Shown in pieces: positions 54,641 through 64,000 of a stretch of DNA of 64,000 nucleotides (the first letter of the stretch is position 1; each line of letters opens with the position of its first letter). The translations under genes were made by a program, and so were the position numbers. Origin of the DNA: Eledone cirrhosa. Lineage: Eukaryota. The stretch is from positions 61,814,001-61,878,000 of the forward strand of contig OZ024744.1 in NCBI GenBank assembly GCA_964016885.1. Reading direction: 5' to 3'. Under the pieces are notes generated by a model, which worked only from the letters and a program-made list of their open reading frames with translations, searched no databases and was not told where the DNA came from.

Positions 54641-55254
54641 CATAATACATTAGAAACAAAACCACCAAAAACAACACTGTACATTTGCAAGGCACACACA
54701 GCTGTGCACAGTAATGCAATGACAGCATGCAATGAAAATAAGGCTAATGATGATAATAATTCTTTTTAACATTGGCACAAAGTCAACAATTTGGGAGATG
54801 GGGAAAGTTGATTTTATCGACGCCTAGTACTTAACTGATACTTTATTGATCCCAGAAGGATAAAAGGCCTCAGTGGGATTTGAACTCAGAACATAAGTTG
54901 TAACCAAAGTATTTTGTCTGTTGCTCTATCAATTCTGCTGACCCATGGCTCTTAATAATTGTTTCTACTTTTTGGCACAAGGCCAGCAATTATCCCAGTA
55001 CATTACTAGTACTTTATTTTATCGATCCCGTAAGGATTTGAACTCAGACCGTAAAGGGATGTAACTATGCTGGAAAGCATGGCGTCCGACCCTCTACTGA
55101 TAATAATAATAATAATAAGACACAAAGCCTGCAATTTTGGAGTAAAGGAAAGTGAATCATATCAACCCCAGCACTGAACTGATGGGATTTGAACACAACA
55201 ATCAATGATCTATTGACTATCAATCCACCACCCTTCCCTTAATAATAACAACGA

Positions 55255-55589
55255 ACATGGCTTAGTGGTTAGAGCATTGGGCTTGCAATCGAAAGGTTGT
55301 GAGTTCAATTCTCAGACCAGGTGATGTGTTGTTTCCTTGAGCAAGACACTTTATTACACATTGCTCCAGTTTACTCAGCTGTAGAAATGAGATATAAGGG
55401 ACTTGGGTCCCTATCATTCCACTGCAAAGTGGTCGTGGAGGTGCCATGGCAAAAAAGCACCCAGCACTCACTGTAAATGAGGTTGGTGTTAGGAAGGGCA
55501 TCCAGCTGTAGAAATCAAGCCAGAATCAGTTCCCGTCCCACCCTTGCAAGCAGGGAAAAGCAGACATAAAATGATGATGATGATGATGA
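55255..55589 (+). mobile_element. SINE family A copy
   Basis: Near-identical reverse complement of 673-1005. Confidence 0.85.
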
Positions 55590-56399
55590 ACCAAATATTC
55601 TAAACTGGGACTAAAAAAAAAATTATTAGAAACAAAATAGTAATTATTTTCAAGTACCACTTGAAATAATTACTAAATACCAACCATGGGAAATACTTTT
55701 AGATACCAAGCATTCATTAGACTGAAGTTAAACAAAATTAGATTAAAATTAATCAAAATTAGATTAAAATTAATCAAAATAAGATTAAAATTAATCAAAA
55801 CCAAAATGAATTCCTTTGTGGGATTGGGATGCGAGTCATTAGAATCAGAAATTGTATCTGGTTTCTAGATGATTAATCAGATGATAGCTATAAGTCCACT
55901 TGGATAAGATCAGAAGTTAAGCACATCTGATTTTTCCCCACAAAAAAATTCAGTAATTACCTCTTTCACTGCAGTCAGGTAATGTGAAGCAAGCAAAGTT
56001 GTTATTCAGAATATATACTCCCCCTGCCTCTCTCCTGGTGATTCAATGGTCTGGTATCATTACAACAGTATAGGATTATAAATCAATCAAAGGTGATCTT
56101 CCCCCACCCATCTAAGTAAACCTAGGTATCTACTATTTTTCCCAAAGCAGAGAGGTATCTGAAATAAAGTAGAATGATGGAGTATACCCAATGACAGCAG
56201 GTGGATATCTACTTTCAATCAATCCACAATGATACCTTATCCAAAAGAAATTGCGAGGTCAATAGAGACATATATTAACATTTTAGAACAGTGTCTATTT
56301 CTTAAATATTATTTCCAATACTGAATAGATTAATAAGGAAAACTACAGTTGAAAAGAATAATATATATATAGATTCATTTTTTTATGGCTAAGTAATGA

Positions 56400-56700
56400 G
56401 TCTTGTTACTTTGGATGTTCACCTGCGCAGGTGAAACTTCTCATTATTGAAAGATCTCGAAGTTCAAACCAGAGATCACCACTTCTATGTTGCCTTCGGC
56501 AACCTCAAGGCAGCTTTCGCAACGGTCAACCATGCATCCCTCTGGAAAATTCTCAAGCTCATTGGTGTGCCTCCCAAGATCATCACCCTGTTCCAATGGC
56601 TATATAGCAGTTCTGTATGGGTGAACAGGAAGGACTGACTGGTTCCCCATCAACAGTGGGGTCAGACAGAGCTGGAGTTGAGAACTCAATGGCAGGGCAA
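56400..56700 (+). mobile_element. Degraded RTE (BovB-like) RT fragment
   Basis: FGNLKAAFATVNHASLWKILKLIGVPPKII; SGVRQ remnant. Confidence 0.65.
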
Positions 56701-59078
56701 TCAGAGTAAAAGGTACTGGGATCAGCTGAGATATATGCTCAAACTGTGCAAGATTTCCCAAATGCAGTAGGAAGATTTGGCTTGTGACATTTACTTGTTG
56801 CTGTTTGATCACTTATACTGGAGTAGAGGCTCTCCATCTACAGTGCAACCACAAACAGAAAGACTAATGCAGCAAAACAGCAGGTCTCAACATATGCACA
56901 CGGGCCTTATGTACTCCTGGAGCTCAGCTCACTCCTGAACAATGAGAAGGTCATTGTCAGCAATGATGGACAGCTAAAGCAAGCAAGGAACAAGAGTGAG
57001 AGCTGATCACCCAACACTTGAACCATGTAGTGCTAAGGTGGTCTTTGTGGGATATTGGCCAGTATTTTTAAATTAGCTAACAGAGTGTTTCTCCGATAGC
57101 AGCAATTTATGCAGGCTGTTGCTACAAAATAACTATCAACACCTTGATGTCACTAGTTCATCATTGTATCTACTTACCAGACTCACTGACACCATAAACC
57201 ACATGACATTTTGTAGTTAGCAACTGGGAAAAACTGATGTCCCTGATCATTTAACACTACCACATAACCTAAACCAACAAATAAAAGTCCTTTTAAAAGT
57301 TCTTTGCAATCACATTTCCATCTCTTGGCATTTATTTTAAATGTATCAGAATATTTACACATGCTAATATCTAACGAAACCACTGCTAATGAATGAATAA
57401 ATCAAGCTGAATATAAACATGTTCAATTGCCACTTTGTGGTTGTGTTGTTAAAGAATTTACTTTGTAAACACATGGTTTAGGTATTAGTTTCACTCTATG
57501 GTACTTTAGATAAATGTCTTCTACTATAGCTTCAAGTTGATCAGTGCCTTGTGAATGAAATTCGGTAAACAGAAATTATGTTGAAACTCATTGTGTGTGT
57601 GTCCCCTCATAATTTACAAGTTTATCGAAAAAGAAAAAAAATTCAATTGATAAAATCAGTACTAGACCTAAAAAAAAGAAGAAATACTGACACCAACATG
57701 ATTAACTAAATTCCATCAATGCAGTGTGCCAGCATTGCCACAGTCTGATGACTGAAACCAGTAAAAGAATAAAAGAATTCACTATTGAATACATCCTCCT
57801 CATCATTTAATGTCTGTTTTTTTTTTTTGTGCTAGCAAGGCGATCCTCCAGCATCAATACAAACAGTCAAAGAATATATTCTATAATTCTTTTACCAATT
57901 TCAGACTTTGCACTGTGGCCACTACTTGGTTGCTACATTTTTTATTGACACCAAGAAGGAATTATTGAAAAAGCAAAATTGACTATAGAGTAATTTGAAC
58001 ACAATGTCTATACCGAGTATAGTAATATTTAACATGTCGTACCACATGAAACCACATTAACAAGATATTGAAAATTAAAGTATTTACTTGAATATTATAA
58101 ATTTTCCTAACAATCGGTCCACTAGTAAAGATATTATGAATATTTTAATTAACTCTTAATACCTTGTACCATATTAGCAAGACATTCTTGAAAAGTATAA
58201 AATAGCATTATAACTGCATCACATTAAAAACTGAAGTCTTTACTGCAAATGTTCTCAACAATCAGTCCAATAGTAAAGATACTATAAGCATTTGAATTAA
58301 ATTCAGTTTTGAATATTTCTTGTAAATCATTAAAGGATGTTAAAAATTAATGTTGTGTACATAAAATTGAAAGAATAGGTTTTATGAATCTTTTCCAGAC
58401 AGAAGTAATTACATGAAGATAGAAATGTGAAAGAAAAGGGGATGGGAAAATACAGTGATTGTTAATGTAAAAGAGGGTAATTACAGCTATGTTGTTAATG
58501 GCTTAACATGGCTTAAAATCCAAGGAGGCTCGAGTATTAGGCAACATCAATGCAAACTCATAAGTTTAAAACAGTAAAAATACATGCAACCAAAATGCAC
58601 ACATGTACACATACAACATAAAAAATAGCGTAATTATGGAAATATATATATACATAAACACACACACTCACATATACATACACAAATAAACACAGACACA
58701 CACACATACATATACACCTTGACACAGGTGTGTACGTATTTAAACCCATAATAATGATATGATGTGAAACAATCCTCATGCAGATATTGTGGGTACAGGA
58801 TGCTACTATACATTGTATATATAACTTGATATAAAGACTTTTAAATGGAATTACAAGGCAATTGTAATCAACTATATGGAAAGGGAGCAATAGATGAACA
58901 ACATATTCCCATATGATATATTTGTTTGAATTGTTTAAATTCCTAATTAATTAGTCATTGTAAAAACAGATAAGGAACAGATATTCATTTTTGGGGTAAG
59001 GAATCCAATATGAAGTGTGTATAGCTAGGTCTATCTAACTCCACAATGTGTCATGATATATGGCGTGTCTTGGATATT

Positions 59079-59242
<164 letters not shown>

Positions 59243-61319
59243 TTTGTACTTTATCAAGCTTGAAGTATGAAGAATAAAGACAACCTTGGTAGGATTTAAA
59301 CTTGGAAAACAGAAAGCCAGAACAAATACCACAAAATATTCTATTCAACATTCTAACAACTCCACAAAGTTTGATGCCTTATGGGATAGGTTTGTGAGAA
59401 GTTTTAATGACACAAGGAAGGGGAGAATAATTTATATTAGATGAAAACAGTCAGTGAAGCTCTTCTAATCACTGTTGCATTTAGAACAAAACAAAAAGGT
59501 TTCTTGATTGGTATCCACTCTGCGGTCCATGTAGACTACAATTGCTATCCAATTCAAGTATGTTCCGTGTATTCCAATGACTGACTGAATGCATTTAAGA
59601 AATGAAATGTGAAAATTTACAGCTCACACCTATGCAGGTTTAACTGACCTCCTAGAAGGTTGCATCTCAGGAAGATTCTTGGGTGTTTTAATGCTAGAGG
59701 TCCCAATCCTATCATGGAAAATAATGTAAAATGAAGTGTCAAGAACACAACACACTACCCGATTCAGGAATCAAACCCATGACCTTATGATTATGGGTCC
59801 ATCACCCTAACCACTAGGTCATGTGCCTTCACAATGCATTTAACAATATATCATGCAATATCCAGAGGTCATATTAACAGACAAGGTTAGATATATATTT
59901 CCAAAAATACAAATTTTTCTGAATAACTTTGATCTTTCTACTTTCTTACTGTATGTAAAGTAACATCATTATACACAATATAAAGTATGTACTGTAAAAC
60001 TAGTTCATCAAGATTAGTATGTTTGTGTGGATTAAAATACTGTGTTGAAATATTTAAATTTATTGTTATTAATATTAGTATTAGTATTTATAAATATAAG
60101 TAAAATAAATGATTATTGTCAGGCAATGTGGTCAGTAGAAGTTCCATTTTGGTGTTAGAAGATTAGTGGCAAGTAAAAGTGACAATGTTCTTGGGGAGAT
60201 TATGGGCATTGACATAAATTGACTGGCTAGTCTATACTGGAAGACTGATGGATAATTTCCAGAAATCCCTGCCCTGGCACTGCTACCCTGGAGTATTGCC
60301 AGTTCAGGATAAACTCTATAGGCAATAGAAGTGCCATCAGCCGGGCTTGTCCTAGATGCATGCAGCACACATACACACCCGGTGTCCAAGCATTGTGGAG
60401 TTACATCAAACAGCCACTATCACATGTAGGATAGATCTGGTTGTAAGCTGTGTCCATTAGGAAGATCACCTGGCCACCTTCCATTTTTTTTTGGAAAGGA
60501 CAGGCAGTTTATTTCTGTCTGATAGCCATAGCAGTTGTGTGGTGGATAAAATTAAAAGGGCTAAAGATAGACACATTACTCTTTGGTCAAGCCCACATAG
60601 ACTTTTTCAAGTATTAATTAAAAAGGAAATTTGAGGAAATTTGTTGAAAGGTTAATGAGTTGCAGGCATAGTCCAGTTGAATAGACCTGATCGGAATATG
60701 TGCCTGAAAACTGGAGGAAAACAACTGGGAGAAGGCATTTATCTTAGTGATCAGCATCTTTTTGTGGGATTTTCCACGAGTAGTCCTAAGATGTCTCTTC
60801 CTTACTGCGGAATGTTTTTATGTTTTGAATTTTGATTTTGTTGTCACATTTTGTTATTTCTCATTTTTACATGTGTTTTTCTTTATAAACTCTTTGTGGT
60901 TAGTAAAAAAATTATCATTACTACTATTATTATTATCTTTGTTATTGTTGTTACTACTGCAATGTGAGGCTTAACCAATAGTTTTTTTAATGATTGTGGG
61001 TGGAAGTAATATTGGTTTAACATATGAAATTTGTCTTTAACATTCTAGTATTATTGTTATTATTATTAAGACATATTTCAATAAATATTTATAAAACTTG
61101 CCTAGTCTGCATAATTCTATATGTTGGGGAACATTTACTTAACGTTATCCACTTAAAGTATGGATTTCTTTTTCAAACCATAATTATTATCTTCTAATCT
61201 AAAAAGACGCCCAAGGCCACCACCACCGCCACTATTACCACCATCATCATCGGACAGACTAAACTTAATGGCTGGCACTAGGGAAAATATGCTTAATAAC
61301 ATTCAGTAAGACAACAAAC

Positions 61320-61511
61320 CTGCCTGCTGTTGAACAATTCCCTCTTTTTCACGAGAACATCGTCCTTTTTTAGCAAAGAAGAATTCCTACAGGACGACTG
61401 CAGAGTGGAAAAAGAAGGAGACTGGACATTGGATGTGAATGGTTTTCGCTTAGATGCAGGAGCAAAAGCTGATTGGTAGGAATAAGTTGTTAAAGAGCTC
61501 TTACTGATGTC
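61320..61511 (-). CDS. Internal coding exon of unidentified host gene (DISKSSLTTYSYQSAFAPASKRKPFTSNVQSPSFSTLQSSCRNSSLLKKDDVLVKKRELFNSRQ)
   Basis: 192 bp, open in phase 0-0; acceptor tgtttttag| and donor CAG|gtttgt on the minus strand; not repeated elsewhere in the window; phase matches exon 15979-16064. Confidence 0.6.
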
Positions 61512-62529
61512 CTAAAAACATAAGCAGGGAACAGAATATGTGACAATTGGCTGGAAGCAGGACCCTAGAAGCTTATCACATTAAAACAAAAAAATTTTTT
61601 CAAAAAAAAAAAATAAATAAAAAAAAAATAAAAAATAATAATTGGCACAAGGCCAGCAATTATCCCAGTGCAAATTTGTTGATATAACTGAAAGCTTTTC
61701 AAAATTTGAATAAAATGTTAGAAAAATAAATTAAAATAAAATAAACAGATTTCAAAAGATTAGTAAAATTAAATTAAATTTAATATTAAAAATTACAGAA
61801 AAATTAAAAATTAAAATAAGAAAAGAAAATTCAAAAGTAACTAAAAAAATATTAAAAAATAAATATGAACAAAAAATAAATATGAGAAAATGTCACCACA
61901 CTGTTCCCATTAAGTTTAAAATATGGTTTGTTTTAAAATAAATGATGGAAATGTATGTGTGTGTGTACATATATGTGTATGTATATAGGCAAACATATTT
62001 CTATGTGAGTATGTATATATATGTGAGCATATGTCTGTGAATGCATGTGTATAAACATATGTTCAACCCTAAGAATTCTCAAGTTCAAAAGATATATGGT
62101 GTGATTCTTGTTCAGATTGGTACCATTGCCCTTACCTCTTGAACTCTTTATATATTTCTATGTGTTGTGTGTGTGTGTGTGTGTGTGGGGGGGGGGGGGT
62201 TATATATATATATATGAGGTTCAAGAAAAATCTTGAGAACAGAAGGGTTAATAGATGAAACCAAGTGGTTCCAGGTTTGACCTTGATGTATGGCACTTTG
62301 GGTGGGTAGGTACCTTTTATCATAGCCTTGGGTCAACAAAAGGGTACATGTATATGTGTGTGTAAACACCCTATTCTGAATTAGTCACAATATCCATTCA
62401 TTTAGGGATTTAAATAATAATAATGGAATTATTGTGTACAGTGCTCAGGTGCACTACAACTCATCAAAGGTGCATGTATAGTACATAGAATAATGTACAA
62501 ATGTCAGGGAAGTGAATAATGTATGAGTC

Positions 62530-63830
62530 CTGATATACATGTGTATGGAGCGGGAGTATTAGGTGTAGTGTTGGCGAATCACAGGAAGCATGAAGGTTTT
62601 AAATGCAGTGTCTCGGCAGCTAACAACTGATGCAGGTAGTTTGTTCCATGCTTCAGCAACTCTGAGCGTGAAAAAATGTTTCCGAAAGTCATGGGAGCTG
62701 CGCTGTTTTCTGACTTTGTAGGCATGCCCACATGTGTTAGACACAAGGAAATCCAAAAAGTACTCAGGGTTGTTGTTGGCGAGATGGTTAATAATTTTGT
62801 GGGTGTTTACTAAGTCAGTTGCCAGATGTCGGAGCTTCAATGTATCCATGCCCAGGAAAGTAAGGCGTTCAGAGTATGGTAGATACCTGATGGAGGGTAT
62901 TCGCTTGGTTGCACATCTCTGAACAGTTTCCATGTGGTCAATGTTCTGAGCAAGATAGGGGTTCCAGACTGGTGATGCAAATTCTAAGTGTGGCCGTACC
63001 ATAGCTATATACAGCTTTAAATAGATCGCTGGAGAGCGGCTGACAAAGGTCTTGCTGAGTGATGCTAAGACAACCTCGGCCTTCTTGACAATTTTAGAGA
63101 CGTGCTTCGTCCAATGTAAATCGCTGCTGACCGTAATGCCCAGGTCACGTTCACAAGAAGACTTCTTGATATTAGTGTTGTGGGGGGAGTATGTGGACGC
63201 TGGGTTTTTACTCCCAAAATACATGGTGGTACACTTGTCTACAGTGAGCTTCAGTTGCCAGTCCGTGATCCATTGTTGCATTGTGTCCAGGTCAGATTGC
63301 AGGCAAGATCTATAGTGTTCAGGATCTGTCCTTTTTATCTCAAGGTACAGCTTGATGTCATCTGCATATTTCAGTACTGTGGCATTCTTTAAGTTGGCAT
63401 CTATGTCATTAATATATGCCACAAACAGATCCCTGTGGTACACCAGATGACATCTCATATGGTGAGGAATGCTATCCTAGAACCGTGACTACCTCTCTTC
63501 GACTGAGAATGAAGGACTTCAACCAGTTAAAAAGATCATCCTTTACACCCATTGCAGAGAGTTTTGCCATAAGTCTTTTGTGTGGCACAGAATTGAAAGC
63601 TTTAGCAAAGTCTCACACCCATTGCAGAGAGCTTTGCCATAAGTCTTTTGTGTGGCACAGAATAAGAACAAAGAAAACCCATTATTTATCTTTCCTCTGT
63701 CCATTCTCTTGAAGGAATGAGTTCAGAGCACAGAACTGAGTAAGCTAACATTCTATTGATAGAAGTGCGAGTCTCTGTAGAAATGATCAGTCAATTTGTC
63801 ACTAGTATGGGGGTATGAAGAAATATTACT
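62530..63830 (-). mobile_element. CR1/L2-group LINE 3' fragment (RT and C-terminus), decayed
   Basis: ORF 62559-63458: YINDI..LKYADDIKLY..LQSDLD..ERDLGI..VRPHLEFASPVWNPY..FFTLRVAEAWNKLP; DFAKAFNSVPH remnant upstream; ~47-bp internal duplication near 63545-63663. Confidence 0.88.
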
Positions 63831-64000
63831 GTGTAGGAATTAGTAGTTGGTGGTGGTGAGGTATACAATATAGTAGTTAAGGGCTTTATAAAAGAAAATT
63901 ATGGTTATATTGCACTATAGAGTGAGTAGGTTTATTTGGAATTGTTTTTTGACTAGGTGAATAAATTACACACTCGAGTTAATATTGTGTATTAGATTTA

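Noticed and set aside
57178-57268. Candidate minus-strand exon (YVVVLNDQGHQFFPVANYKMSCGLWC)
   Set aside because: Splice-like sites exist, but the only open frame is phase-incompatible with the 61320 exon and hits a stop before the stronger donor

Overview
AT-rich, microsatellite-laden eukaryotic DNA; the SINE, LINE and microsatellite make-up looks like a cephalopod (octopus-type) genome, which is an inference. A minus-strand protein-coding gene of unrecognised identity contributes four phase-compatible exons (61320-61511, 15979-16064, 15025-15173 and terminal exon 12479-12711), implying a ~45 kb intron. About 28 kb of that intron (~16.7-45.1 kb) is a (TA)n-derived landing pad of nested elements: an RTE LINE with an uninterrupted 1095-aa APE-RT-PHD ORF, truncated RTE copies, a 5'-truncated Penelope-like GIY-YIG element and a decayed DD37D (maT) transposon. 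It also holds many non-coding fold-back modules. The main result is that many of these modules carry type I hammerhead ribozyme motifs. These include a 469-bp tandem array with one hammerhead per unit (retrozyme-like), two diverged relatives with compensatory stem changes, a full-size U3-A8 core variant, and further unrelated hammerhead families. One fold-back is near-identical to the 3' end of the Penelope element, suggesting a Penelope-mobilised, (TA)n-targeted ribozyme/retrozyme system. All ribozyme calls come from manual folding; activity is untested.
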